Below are positions 32,404 through 45,897 of a stretch of DNA of 64,000 nt, in pieces. Below the pieces are notes generated by a model, which was given only the letters and a program-made list of their open reading frames with translations, was not told the origin of the DNA and made no database searches. Origin of the DNA: an uncultured Gemmatimonadaceae bacterium (GTDB lineage: Bacteria; Gemmatimonadota; Gemmatimonadetes; Gemmatimonadales; Gemmatimonadaceae); the NCBI GenBank assembly GCA_963822945.1, contig CAWGJO010000021.1:192001-256000 (forward strand), given 5' to 3'. A program made the position numbers and the translations under genes. The stretch's first letter is position 1. Each line of letters opens with the position of its first letter.

Positions 32404-33270
32404 ACAGCAAGCCGGGCACCAAGGTCGAGTACTTGCCGGTGATGCTGTTGTTCAAGTCCAGGTTCGTGTTGGCGTACATCAACCGGCCCATCACGCCGAT
32501 GCCCCACTGCTCGCCCACCCACCACTCGTTACCGATTCCGAGGGCGAGGCCCAACCCGGTCGGGTTGTCGTCGCTGTTGTTGTCGTCGTTGGAGCTGAGC
32601 TGAGCGAAGCCCACCATGCCCTGGATGTGCAGACCGGCGCTGGGATCCGGGTAGACGTCCATGAATATGCCCAGCATGGAGAGCGCCACATTGTCGCTCG
32701 CGGTGTCCACCTGCTGGCCGTCAACCTCGAGCTTGGCGCTGGGCACGCTCGCGCCCATGCTGCCGCCGCCGATCACGAAGCCCGGCGCCGGCGTACCTCC
32801 CAGCAGGAACTCTCCGACGATGGCGAGGCCGGTGATCTTGACGTCCCGCGTGACGGCCGGCGCGGGATCTACGGTCACGCTGGTGGTGAAGTAGCCCATG
32901 CCGAGACCGAGACGCAGGTAGAAGCCGTCGTGGTAGTGGATGGTCGGATCCTCCACGGGCGTGGGCGGCGGCGGCTCTTGGTAACCGTAGGCCGGCTGTC
33001 CGTAGCCGGGGGGCGGCGGCTGGCCGTAGCCCGGCGGCGGGGCTTGCCCGGCGGCGGTTGGCCATAGCCGGCGGGCGGCGGCGCGGGCTGGGCCGGCGCA
33101 GGCTGAGCTGGCGCGGGCTGCGGCGGTTCGGGCTGGGCCGGTTCGGACGGCGGGGGCGCCGGCTCGGCGGGAGCGGGCTCGGGTGGGGCCGGCTCGGGCT
33201 GTGCCCGCGCCGTACCGACAACAAAAAAACCACAGCTCAGGACCGCGAAAAACATTTTCAAATGTCGCAC
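32384..33270 (-). CDS. Putative outer-membrane beta-barrel protein with a Pro-rich N-terminal linker (frameshift ~33048)
   Basis: Signal ending ARA-Q, Pro/GYGQPPP repeats, then alternating beta strands HDGFYLRLGLG...GGTPAPGFVIGG...EWWVGEQWGIG...FTATLH. Confidence 0.75.
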
Positions 33271-33300
33271 GTTGCTGCCTCCTCGCTCACCCGCATCGTC

Positions 33301-33975
33301 TCACAGCCAACCAAACACGTCTTCGATGGCCTTTCGGCCTCCGGTTTCCAATACGTCACCGTGGGTCACGATCACGCGGTCGAAATCCCAAGCCAGCACG
33401 CGATCGATGCTCTCGCGCATCGCGCGCTTGTCTCGCACGCACAGCTTGAACATGCGGCTCTGGGCGAAGCCCCCGAGGGCACCGAACGCCCTGAGATAGC
33501 TTCGCGTCCAAAGGTCCGGCGCGTTCGGAATGTTGAAGGCCGCGTCCGTCACGATCAGCGTGCGCGACGGGCGATGCAGGAACAGCACCTCGTTCACGTA
33601 GGGCGCGCCCTTCAGACAACACTGCTCGAAGACGTCTGCCCAGGCCGCCGCGGGCTCGTCGCCGAGCTCGCCGGCAAAGCTCAGGTCGTGGCGCTTGTCG
33701 GGGAGGCCGGGAGCGCCGTGAAGCGTGGCCTCCGGAGTCGCCCGCGCCCAGCCCGCCACCATCAAGTGATGCACCTTGCTGGGCGCCACGATGTGACCGA
33801 CGCGACCCAGAGCCGAGACCTTCAGGGCCAGCTCCGGAGAGTGCTTCACCGGGGAGTGCAGCCACAGCGAGCCGTCGCCGAGGCGCGCGATGGTCATGCG
33901 CGAGCCCAGCGAGAGTCCCGCAATTTTCAGGGGGTGATCCGCCACCCACAGGCCCTCTGCCACGCTGCGAAGCAC
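33301..33975 (-). CDS. DUF4336-like / metallo-beta-lactamase-fold protein
   Basis: RMTIARL.DGSLWLHSPV, IVAPSKVHH, EVLFLHRPSRTLIVTD, WDFDRVIVTHG. Confidence 0.85.
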   Translation of the reverse strand: MLRSVAEGLWVADHPLKIAGLSLGSRMTIARLGDGSLWLHSPVKHSPELALKVSALGRVGHIVAPSKVHHLMVAGWARATPEATLHGAPGLPDKRHDLSFAGELGDEPAAAWADVFEQCCLKGAPYVNEVLFLHRPSRTLIVTDAAFNIPNAPDLWTRSYLRAFGALGGFAQSRMFKLCVRDKRAMRESIDRVLAWDFDRVIVTHGDVLETGGRKAIEDVFGWL

Positions 33976-34247
33976 GAACGGGAGGGTAGCGGCGGGACCC
34001 GGGAGCGTGCTAGTGCGAGCCGCCGGCGCCGGAGCCTCTCGCCAAATCGCGGAATTTTTGACGCTTTTGTCGGCGTTCCCGCAGGCGCCGAAGCCCGCCA
34101 GGGCAGGCCTCGAAGCGGAGCAGCCAGCAAAAGTCGGACAAACGCTGGCAGGGCGCCGCGAGGCGCATTAGCTTGCCAGGACTTTTCGCGCGCCGGCGGC
34201 TTCCGAGCACAGCGAAAGCGCGAAATAGAGAAGGTCAACCAAGCACG

Positions 34248-37356
<3,109 letters not shown>

Positions 37357-37401
37357 GGCCCGTCACCTCCTGAAAAACGGGCGCGTGATAGCAGTGCTTC
37401 C

Positions 37402-38193
37402 ATGGGAGTGCTGCCGAACCTGCTGGGCAAGAATCGCTGGGAGGTAGCTGCGGGCCTCCTGCCCGTGCTGGCCGATGCGCTGCACTGGCTGGTGTTCGAG
37501 CCCATCAACCAGCAGCTACGGCTGTTGTTGCTCTCGCCGTCCGAGTTGACGGTGCTCGGCTTGCTGGCGCTTTACTTCGCGTATTGCGTGGCGCTGTTCT
37601 TGATCAGCCTGCTGAAGCCGGACATCAAGCTGAAGCTCGTGGAGCTTCGGGGCCGGGACGAACGGACGGGCCGCGAGACGACAACGAAGACGACTTGGCC
37701 GGAGGTGTTGTTCTTCTACCCCTCCTTCGGCTTTGGCATCGTGATGATCATGGCCGCAGCGTCGGTCAGCGGAATGATGGACGACAAATCCGCCCTCTCG
37801 GAGGGCTGGCAACAGCTCGCAGTGTTTGGCGCGGTCGGGTTGTTCTTCCTCCATCTGCTGGCCAAGTTCGCCGGACCCAAGCCACGCGTCGCTGCGTCGA
37901 GCCCGATCTACCTGATGCTGCTGTTGCCCACGATCGCGATCAGTGAGCTGATGCTGAACCTGTCCACCGCGCTGTGGTACCACTTCCTCGGTCCCGAAGC
38001 CGGCGGCTCGGAGCCGAGCGAGCCGAGCACGATGGCGAGCTTCGTCATCGCGGTTCCACTGTTCTTGCTGTTCTTCGCCGCTCCGCGCTTCACGTTCATG
38101 AGCAAGCACTTCACGTGGCTGGCGCTGCTCTCGGGCGTGGGCTTCGCGCTGTACGAGCTGTGGCAGATCGTCGGGGCGGCGCCGCTCTTGTGA
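37402..38193 (+). CDS. Hypothetical integral membrane protein (~7 TM)
   Basis: 263-aa ORF made up largely of hydrophobic segments. Confidence 0.75.
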   Translation: MGVLPNLLGKNRWEVAAGLLPVLADALHWLVFEPINQQLRLLLLSPSELTVLGLLALYFAYCVALFLISLLKPDIKLKLVELRGRDERTGRETTTKTTWPEVLFFYPSFGFGIVMIMAAASVSGMMDDKSALSEGWQQLAVFGAVGLFFLHLLAKFAGPKPRVAASSPIYLMLLLPTIAISELMLNLSTALWYHFLGPEAGGSEPSEPSTMASFVIAVPLFLLFFAAPRFTFMSKHFTWLALLSGVGFALYELWQIVGAAPLL

Positions 38194-38359
38194 CGAGAGT
38201 GTGAAGCCGCACATCCAGCGCGCAATCTGTCGGGATGACGGGTCTCACCGTCGCCGTACCCCAGTGCTCTTTCCAATCCTACGCGAATTGTCTTTGAGCA
38301 CGCTCCTTCGCCGTGATACAGAACCGTTCCATCTGATACCTGTGGGAGGGTGTTTCGAT

Positions 38360-39552
38360 ATGTCGATTCGCGTTCGCGCTCCACGCGCTTGGGTCTGGTA
38401 TTCGCTCGTATTCGCTGCCGGCGTCATCCCGGCATGTTCAGGGGACGATGACGCCTCGAAGCTCGGCAAGAAGTCGAGCGCGGTGGTCGTCGACCTGGTG
38501 ACGTACACGTTCGAGGGCGCCACGCCCAATGAAACGGCTCCAACGACGGTCGCTAGCGGGGTTACCGCGAGCAGCGTCGCTCGAGAAGGTGCGACTACGG
38601 CGACTACGTTCCCTACGGGAAATCCCGGCACCGCGCTGAACTCCAACAACTGGGTCAACACGTCCGCCGGTGCGGATTGGTACACCTTCACGGTGACGCC
38701 GGACGCCAGTAAGTCGGTGTCGCTTTCGACGCTCGGCTTCGACACCTACCGGTCGAGCACCGGCCCCACCTCCTTCGAAGCGTATGTCGTGCAAGGCAGT
38801 ACCGTGACGTCGGTCGGCACCGGAACCATTGCTGCTAGCACGTGGACGACCGAGTCGTTCACACTGACTGCAGCGGCCGGCCCGTACACCCAGCCTTTCT
38901 CGATCCGCATCGCTGCGTTCGGTGCCTCCGGCACGAGCGGTACCTTCCGTATCGACAACGTAGCGCTGGCCGGCGAGGTCACGAGTACGGCGGATGCTGG
39001 CACCGGCGGTGCGCAGGCGCCGCGGGTGCTGCGGGCGCTGCGGGTGCAGCCGGCGCTGCGGGCGCGGCGGGTGCCGCGGGCGCAGGTGGCGCCGCGGGCG
39101 CTGCGGGCGCTGCGGGCGCCGCCGGCGCAAGTGGCGCTGCGGGCGCAGCTGGTGCAGCCGGCGCTGCAGGCGCAGCTGGTGCAGCCGGCGCGGCGGGCGC
39201 AGGTGGTGCAGCCGGCGCGGCGGGCAGCGGCGGCGCTGCGGGCTCTGCGGGAGCCGGCGGCACTGGCGGAACCGGCGGCACCGGCGCGACGGGCGGCACC
39301 GGCGCGACGGGCGGCACTGGCGCTACGGGTGGCACCGGTGGCAGCGGCGCAACGGGCGGCTTCGGCGCGACCGGCGGCTTCGGCGGCGGCTTCGACGGCG
39401 GCGTCAACAAGCCCCCGGCCAAGTCCGAGGACGACAGCGGCTGCGGCTGCAGCGTGCCGGGCGAGAAGGCACCGAACAACAGCTCGCTGGCCTTCCTCGG
39501 TCTGGCCGGCGCGGCGATTGCGCTGAGCCGCCTCCGCCGACGGAACGGCTGA
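38360..39552 (+). CDS. Surface protein with lipobox, Thr/Ser-rich beta domain, (Gly-Ala-Ala)n stalk and MYXO-CTERM-like tail (frameshift ~39010)
   Basis: MSIRVRAPRAWVWYSLVFAAGVIPAC; FRIDNV; GAA repeats; SGCGCSV...LAFLGLAGAAIALSRLRRR. Confidence 0.8.
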
Positions 39553-39574
39553 GCGCTTCAGTCCGCTAGCAACG

Positions 39575-39604
39575 ATGAGCCGCTGCCTTCGGGCAGCGGC
39601 TCAT
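39575..39604. terminator. Intrinsic terminator-like hairpin between convergent genes
   Basis: atgagccgctgcc-TTCG-ggcagcggctcat: perfect 13-bp stem with a cUUCGg loop, followed by tgtgtttt on the + strand. Confidence 0.8.
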
Positions 39605-40452
39605 TGTGTTTTCGGCGGGCGCGTGGCCCAGCGCCAGCGCACGCCGAGCTGACCGAAATCCGCGCCCGCCAGGCCGATGGCGTCGGGGCTGTGGATGACC
39701 GGCAAGAACGTGGCTTGCAGATCCACGGTGTCGCCCAGCTTCACGACGGACACCAGACCTGCGCGCAGAACGTACCCGTCGCGCCCCGGGCTCTGCAGCA
39801 CTTCTTCGGCGAAGCCCACGCGAAACGCCCGCTCACGCCCGAAGTGGAACGCGTAGCCGACCCGGGCGCGCCACACCCAGGGCGGCCTGATCACGAGCTT
39901 GAGCGTCTCCTCGTACAGGTCGTGGTTCGAATCCACACCGGTGACATAGTGCCCGGTCACCATCCAGAACGGCCCGCCGCCCGGCAGGCTGACGGCACCT
40001 CGTAGCTCCGCCTCGAGCGTGACCGCGTTCGCATCCGGGCCATCGAGCTGCTCGAGCTCGTCTCGGACGTGGCGCTCGCTCTCGGCCAACATCTTGTGGT
40101 CGAAAGGTGAGAAGTAGCGAGCGCCGGCGCGCAGATCCAAGAGCGGCACCTGGGCCCGGACGCCGCCGTACAGCCCCGCGCCGGAGCCGGAGATCAGCGG
40201 CTGACCGTCGAGCCCGATCCAACGATAGAACGGCTTGCCCACGCCGGCTTGGAACTGCGGGCGCGCATACACCCAGCCGAGCTCCAGGGTGGCCGCCAGG
40301 AACGGTTGCGAGTCGAAACGTGACCAGTACGGCGAGGTGGCTCCGCCTTCCACGCTGGATCCCGGCGGGAGCGGCCCCGGCACCAGGGTGTCCGCCGCGC
40401 TAGTCCGCGCGCTCGAGATCAGCAGCAGGGCTGCCCACAGGGCGCGACGCAT
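39601..40452 (-). CDS. Hypothetical exported, probably outer-membrane beta-barrel protein
   Basis: Signal peptide, amphipathic aromatic strands, C-terminal QLGVRWRW; coupled to the PAP2 stop. Confidence 0.7.
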   Translation of the reverse strand: MRRALWAALLLISSARTSAADTLVPGPLPPGSSVEGGATSPYWSRFDSQPFLAATLELGWVYARPQFQAGVGKPFYRWIGLDGQPLISGSGAGLYGGVRAQVPLLDLRAGARYFSPFDHKMLAESERHVRDELEQLDGPDANAVTLEAELRGAVSLPGGGPFWMVTGHYVTGVDSNHDLYEETLKLVIRPPWVWRARVGYAFHFGRERAFRVGFAEEVLQSPGRDGYVLRAGLVSVVKLGDTVDLQATFLPVIHSPDAIGLAGADFGQLGVRWRWATRPPKTQ

Positions 40453-41417
40453 CAGAACGTCCCTCCCAGCGAGACGCCACCGGGATAGGGCACCAGGTGC
40501 AGCTGGCGTGCGCTCTCGCGGCTACCGCCGTCCTTCACGCGATAGTGAAACACCCACGGCAAGCCGAGCCCCGCTACGGTTCCCCAGGCGGCGCCGACCA
40601 TCACGTCGGACAAGTAATGCATGTCACCCACGACGCGCAGCGTGGCGGTGGCGGTGGCTGCCGCGTAGCCCGCTCCGCACGCCAGCGCATCGGCAGCGCC
40701 GCCGCCGTACAGCTCCAGCTCCTGGTGGTGGATGCAGATCAAGCTGGCTGCGGCGAAGGAAACCGACGAGTGTCCACTGAAGAAGCTGCGATAGCGATCG
40801 TTGCGGCGGCAATCGAGGCCGTCCGCGTCGAGCTCCGAGCCGCAAGTGCGACCGTAGGGCCGCTCACGATTGGCGAGAGCAGCAACCAGACCGTGGACTC
40901 CGGTCGTCACCGCCAAGACTTCGGCGTCGATCAGCAACATTTGCTCGGCTACGTCCGGACTCCGGTGGTACCAACCAGCGGTAGTCACGGCATCGGCCAG
41001 CATCGGCGTCGTGACGGTCACGGCCAAGAGCACGTCACTTGCGTCCCGGGCGCGCCGCCGCGCGAGGTAGCCGTCGAGCCGCAGCTGATCACGCGCGTCT
41101 TCGTCGGCGAGCACGCCTCCGGTCCAGCGGCCGACGTAGGCTTGATCACCAGCGCGCCGACCGCCAGCGCCATGGACGCGCCCGTCAACACGTACTCCTC
41201 CGTGCCGAAGCGCGGCCAACGCCAGCGGCGCGCGGGCGGCTGCTCCGCCGAAGGCGACGCTAGCGCATCCAGCGTGCGTGACTCTCGCGGCGAGACGTCG
41301 CTCCCCGGGGGCGCCTGGGGGAAGGTGACGGTCTCGGGGGGGCGCTGGGCCAACGCCGGAGCCGTCAGGAGCAGCGCAGCCCCGAACAAGGCGCAGGGGA
41401 AGCGAGTGGCGAGGCAC
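40452..41417 (-). CDS. PAP2-family phosphatase (two compensating frameshifts near the 5' end)
   Basis: RERP, SFFSGHSS, LRVVGDMHYLSDV; the N-terminal signal is in the frame of ORF 41018-41389. Confidence 0.85.
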   Translation of the reverse strand: MPRHSLPLRLVRGCAAPDGSGVGPAPPRDRHLPPGAPGERRLAARVTHAGCASVAFGGAAARAPLALAALRHGGVRVDGRVHGAGGRRAGDQAYVGRWTGGVLADEDARDQLRLDGYLARRRARDASDVLLAVTVTTPMLADAVTTAGWYHRSPDVAEQMLLIDAEVLAVTTGVHGLVAALANRERPYGRTCGSELDADGLDCRRNDRYRSFFSGHSSVSFAAASLICIHHQELELYGGGAADALACGAGYAAATATATLRVVGDMHYLSDVMVGAAWGTVAGLGLPWVFHYRVKDGGSRESARQLHLVPYPGGVSLGGTF

Positions 41418-41478
41418 GGGGAACCGAGACGGCTATCCTAGACTCGTCCCGCGCGCCGTGCTGGCCAAGGATGACCCT

Positions 41479-42477
41479 TCACATGTCTTTGGCGCAGCGG
41501 AACCCGGCCACCAGGATGCGAAATCCGCCCGGATGGTGCACGCGGTTCGACGCGCGCAAGCCCTTGCGGCCGATAGTTGAACGCCCCGCCGCGCAGAACG
41601 TGCTCGCATTCGGCCGGGATCGGGTTCGTGCCCGTATAGCCCTGCTGGTGGTTCCGGCGCAGCTCGTCCTGAGCTTTCAAAATCTCTTCGCACGATCCCG
41701 GCTTGCCTTCCGAAGCCGTGGGCCGTTTGTACGCATACGGGTCGTACATGTCCTCGACCCATTCCCACACGTTTCCGGCCAGATCGAAGTGCCCATAGGG
41801 GCCTCGGCCTTCGGGGTAGGAGCCGACGTCCACGGTGGTGCCGTTCTTCGCCCCGGCGAAGGCGCCGTGCTTGTCCTTGTCGGCGTTTGTCGTTGCCCCA
41901 GGGATACTTTCGCCCGTCGTCGCCGCGCGCCGCGCGCTCCCATTCCGCTTCCCGCGGCAAGCGCTTACCGCGCCACTCGCAGTAAGTCTTGGCGTCGTTC
42001 CACGACACCCCGACGACCGGCTGCTTCGGATGACGGAAGTCGCGGTCGGAGCCGTACTTCATGGCCACCGCTACACCCTCGCGGTACGGCTTGCAGACTT
42101 TGGCCTGCCACACACTCGAGGTAGGCCTCGTTGGTGACCTCCGTCTTGTCGAGCAAGAAGCCCTTCACGGTGACCTTGTGCGCTGGACGCTCGTCCTGCT
42201 CGCCCTCGTCGTCCGCCCCCATCGTGAACGTGCCGCCGGGTACCGGCAGCATGTCGTCGGGGATCTCGGGCTTGGGCGGCTCCGCACTGGCGACTGGAGC
42301 GGCGCTGGCGCTGGCCGGGCGGGGGGCGGCGGCTTTGCCGGCTCGGGTGGTTTCGGCGGCGGACGTGGGCCGGGTGCGGTCGCGGCTTCGGCCTGAGCCG
42401 CAGCCGGCGGAGCCGCGCCCGGGCCGTTGCAGCCGAGAGCGAGGACGGACGAGCGAGAGCAGTGAAAAGCGACGCAC
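41479..42477 (-). CDS. FGE-sulfatase (SUMF1-like) domain protein, probable lipoprotein; several frameshifts
   Basis: VPGGTFTMG...ERPAHKV...[61 protein letters not shown] across four ORF fragments. Confidence 0.85.
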
Positions 42478-42587
42478 GACCCAGGATCTAGGGCAATGCG
42501 CCGAATCGGGCAAAATCAGCGGGCCCACGGGAATAAATCCACCCTTTTCCGAGCGGCTCCGAGCCGTGCTAAAGCCGCGAACATCGC

Positions 42588-43550
42588 ATGATCGAGGTCG
42601 AGCACCTGACCAAGGACTACGGCACCGTGGTGGCCGTCCGCGACGTTTCCTTCAGCGTCGGCAAGGGCGAGGTCGTGGGCTTTTTGGGTCCCAATGGCGC
42701 CGGCAAGAGCACCACGCTCAGGATCCTGGTGGGCTTCTTGGGCGCCACCTCCGGCCGCGTCCGCATCGGGGACCACGACATCGTGGAGCAATCCCTCGAG
42801 GCGCGAAAGAGCGTCGGCTACATGCCGGAAGCCGCGCCCCTGTACCCGGAGATGAGGGTGCGCGAGTACCTCGCATTTCGCGCGCGAGCCAAGAAGGTGC
42901 CCCGTGCAGAACGGAAGAAGGCCGTAGCTCGCGCCATGGAACAAGCAGCGGTCACGGAGATGGCGGACACGCTCATCCTGCACCTTTCCAAAGGTTACCG
43001 GCAACGCGTTGGGCTGGCAGACGCGCTGGTGGCCAACCCGCCGCTCTTGATTCTGGACGAGCCGACGGCAGGCCTGGACCCGAACCAAATCCGCGACGTG
43101 CGCCGCTTGATCCGGGAGTTGGGGGAGAGCCACACCATCCTACTTTCCACGCACATCTTGTCCGAGGTGGAGTCGACCTGTGACCGCGCGTTGGTGATCG
43201 ACCGGGGGCGTCTAGTCGCCGAGGGCACCATCGACGAGCTGCGAAAGCGTCGCGGCGCACGCGCGGCCAGCCTCTTGGTCCGGGACCCGGATGCCAAGGG
43301 CAAGGGCCTACTCGGCGGCATGGACGGCGTCCGCAAGGTCAAAGGCAGCAAAGCCGACGACGACCTGCGCCGCTACACGCTGACGATGTCGCGCGACGCC
43401 GACGCCGGCGAGGTGCTGGAGAAAGCCGTCGCTTTGCTGGTCGGCGCCGGCGTGGGCGTGCGCGAAGCCAGCCCCGTGCGCGCGACGCTCGAAGACGTCT
43501 TCGCTCAGCTCACCCACGCGGAGCGCGCGGCGGAGGAGGCGGATTCGTGA
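42588..43550 (+). CDS. ABC transporter ATP-binding protein (GldA-like)
   Basis: GPNGAGKST, LSKGYRQRVGLA, ILDEPT.GLDP, STHIL. Confidence 0.93.
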   Translation: MIEVEHLTKDYGTVVAVRDVSFSVGKGEVVGFLGPNGAGKSTTLRILVGFLGATSGRVRIGDHDIVEQSLEARKSVGYMPEAAPLYPEMRVREYLAFRARAKKVPRAERKKAVARAMEQAAVTEMADTLILHLSKGYRQRVGLADALVANPPLLILDEPTAGLDPNQIRDVRRLIRELGESHTILLSTHILSEVESTCDRALVIDRGRLVAEGTIDELRKRRGARAASLLVRDPDAKGKGLLGGMDGVRKVKGSKADDDLRRYTLTMSRDADAGEVLEKAVALLVGAGVGVREASPVRATLEDVFAQLTHAERAAEEADS

Positions 43551-44293
43551 GCGGACTTGCTGCGGTGTACCGGCGCGAGATGCTCAGCCTGTGGGTAACC
43601 CCCCTGGCCTGGGTGCTGTCCGTGGTGTTCCTGCTGCTGCAGGGGATTTCCTTCTATTCCATCGTTGTCCACATCTCGAACCTGTCGCAGGTCTCGATGG
43701 ACAACGGTCCGGTGCAGGCCTACTTCGGCCAATCGATATTCCTGCTCGTCTCGCTGCTCTTGGTCTGCCCCGCGCTGACCATGCGCGTTCTCGCCGAGGA
43801 GCGTCGCAGCGGCACCATCGAGGGGCTGCTCACCGCTCCCGTCACTCCCGCCGGCGTCGTGATGGGCAAGTACCTGGCGTCGCTCACCACCTACATTCTG
43901 ATGTGGGCGCCCACGGTCCTGTACGTCGTCATCCTGCGCAACACCGGACACATCGAGTGGTCGGTCGTGGGCTCCAGCTACCTGGGCGTGTTCGGCATCG
44001 GCGCGGGCTATCTCGCCCTCGGCACGCTGATGAGCGCAATGACGCGCAGTCAGCTCCTCGCCTTCGTGCTCACCGTGATGGTGCAATTCGGGCTCTTCAT
44101 CATCGGCATCGGCGAGTACATCTTCGATCCCGGGTTGGTGCACGACATCTCCAGCCACGTGTCGGTGCTCAGCCAGATGGACGAGTTCTCCAAGGGGATC
44201 GTGGATCTCCGCCGGCTGGTGTTCGACGGTAGCCTCGTCGCCGTCCCACTGTTCATCACGGTAAGAGTAGTGGACTCCTGGAGATGGGGCTGA
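43547..44293 (+). CDS. ABC-2 type permease (GldF-like)
   Basis: PALTMRVLAEERRSGTIEGLLTAPV...GKY, 6 TM segments, FSKGIVDL. Confidence 0.9.
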   Translation: MSGLAAVYRREMLSLWVTPLAWVLSVVFLLLQGISFYSIVVHISNLSQVSMDNGPVQAYFGQSIFLLVSLLLVCPALTMRVLAEERRSGTIEGLLTAPVTPAGVVMGKYLASLTTYILMWAPTVLYVVILRNTGHIEWSVVGSSYLGVFGIGAGYLALGTLMSAMTRSQLLAFVLTVMVQFGLFIIGIGEYIFDPGLVHDISSHVSVLSQMDEFSKGIVDLRRLVFDGSLVAVPLFITVRVVDSWRWG

Positions 44294-45897
44294 TGGCGAA
44301 GTCCGACTCGGTCAAGCAGACCACTGGCGCCGCCAGCCCCACGCTGAAGGCGCTGTCCGCTGCAGGTGTGCTCGCCGCAGCGCTGATCGGGCTCAGCGCC
44401 AACGTGCTCGCCGCTCGCTTCTACGAGCGTTGGGACTGGACCAGTCAGGGGCTCTACACGCTGAGCTCCGCCACCACCGAAACGCTGCACGAGCTCGACG
44501 CTCCGGTCGACGTCATCGTGTTCTTGGCCGCGAGCGATCCGCTCACGGTGAGCGTTCGCAACATGCTCACCGCCTACGGCGCGGAAACACGACAGCTGCA
44601 CACGCGCTACGTCGACCCGGACCGCAATCCGGCGGAGTTTCTCGCCCTGCAACAGAAGTACGGCATCGTCGCGGGCAAGGCGGAGGACGGTCGTGTCGTC
44701 ACGGATGCCGCCATCGTCGTGTCCAAGGGCGAGCGCCACTGGTACATCACCAACGACGACATCGTCGCGTACGACGACGACCAGGGGCGCGCTAGGCCGC
44801 AGCTGGAGCAGGCGCTGACGGAGGCCATCCGCAACGTACTGACGCGCGAGCGGACCACGATCTGCTTTTCGTCCGGCCATCAGGAGATCAGCATCGAGGA
44901 CGGAGGCCCCAACGGCCTCGGCGAGCTGCGCTACCGTCTGGACAAGAACAACTACGACGTCGAGACCCTCGACCTTTCCGGGACGAAGTCGGACACCAAG
45001 CTGGAGGACTGCCGGGTGCTGGTGCTGGCCGGCCCGGAAGTGCAGGTTCCGGAGAAGACCACCGCTCGCATCTCGAACTGGTTCAAAGCCGGCGGTAACG
45101 TGCTCTTGCTCGCCAATCCGATCCTGGACGAGGACAACCGCATCCAGCCCACGGGTCTGGAGCCATTGACCCGGAGCGCCGGAATCGACTTGAACGCGGA
45201 CTTCATCGTCGAGCAGGACGACAAGCTGCGTTTGCCTTCCGGCCTGGGGGAGTCGTTTTTCGCAACGCCCAAAGAGCATGCGGTGACGGCCGGGCTGTTC
45301 CGCGGCGGAGAGCCTCGCTATCGCGTGCTGGTCAGCGCGGCACAGAGCCTGCGGGCCACTGGAGAGCGACCCGTCTCCCTGCTGGTCAGCAGCGAAAAAG
45401 CGTTCGTCCTCAAGGACATTCGCCCGTTCGTTGAGCAGGGCAAGCCCGTGACAAAGGGTGAGGGCGACAAGTCCGGACCGTTCGTGGTGGCCTACGCCGC
45501 GGAGCTACCCAAGCCGAAGGCCTCCAAGGCCCCGCATGGGCCACGCATGGTCGTGGTCGGTAGCGCAAACCTGGCTTGGAGCCGCAACTGGCGGGAGCCA
45601 ACGCTCTTGGGCAATCGTCTGTTCGTGGAGAGCGCCCTTTCGTGGCTGGCTGCGCGACCGGCGCTGGTCAGCGTTCCGGAAAAGGCGAGCCACGACGTCG
45701 GCCTGGCGCTGACCGAAGAGTCCCTGGGTGACGTTCGCAACTACGTGCTGTTGTACATGCCCCTGTCGGTGGCTGCCCTGGGCATCTTCGTGATGCTGCG
45801 CCGACGCTCCAAAGAGAAGCGCTCTCGCCGCGAAGGGAACGAGCGCCACGAAAAAGAGAGCGAACGGCGAAGCGAACCCGACGACGAGGAAAGCTGA
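44293..45897 (+). CDS. GldG-like ABC auxiliary protein
   Basis: N-terminal TM, RWDWT...YTLS..T, VDPDRNP, EQALTEAI, FSSGHQE, LVLAGP, C-terminal TM. Confidence 0.85.
   Translation: MAKSDSVKQTTGAASPTLKALSAAGVLAAALIGLSANVLAARFYERWDWTSQGLYTLSSATTETLHELDAPVDVIVFLAASDPLTVSVRNMLTAYGAETRQLHTRYVDPDRNPAEFLALQQKYGIVAGKAEDGRVVTDAAIVVSKGERHWYITNDDIVAYDDDQGRARPQLEQALTEAIRNVLTRERTTICFSSGHQEISIEDGGPNGLGELRYRLDKNNYDVETLDLSGTKSDTKLEDCRVLVLAGPEVQVPEKTTARISNWFKAGGNVLLLANPILDEDNRIQPTGLEPLTRSAGIDLNADFIVEQDDKLRLPSGLGESFFATPKEHAVTAGLFRGGEPRYRVLVSAAQSLRATGERPVSLLVSSEKAFVLKDIRPFVEQGKPVTKGEGDKSGPFVVAYAAELPKPKASKAPHGPRMVVVGSANLAWSRNWREPTLLGNRLFVESALSWLAARPALVSVPEKASHDVGLALTEESLGDVRNYVLLYMPLSVAALGIFVMLRRRSKEKRSRREGNERHEKESERRSEPDDEES

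Noticed and set aside
41479..41620. Diversity-generating retroelement target (FGE/CLec-fold C-terminus)
   Set aside because: I found no template-repeat copy of this 3' region and no reverse transcriptase in the window.
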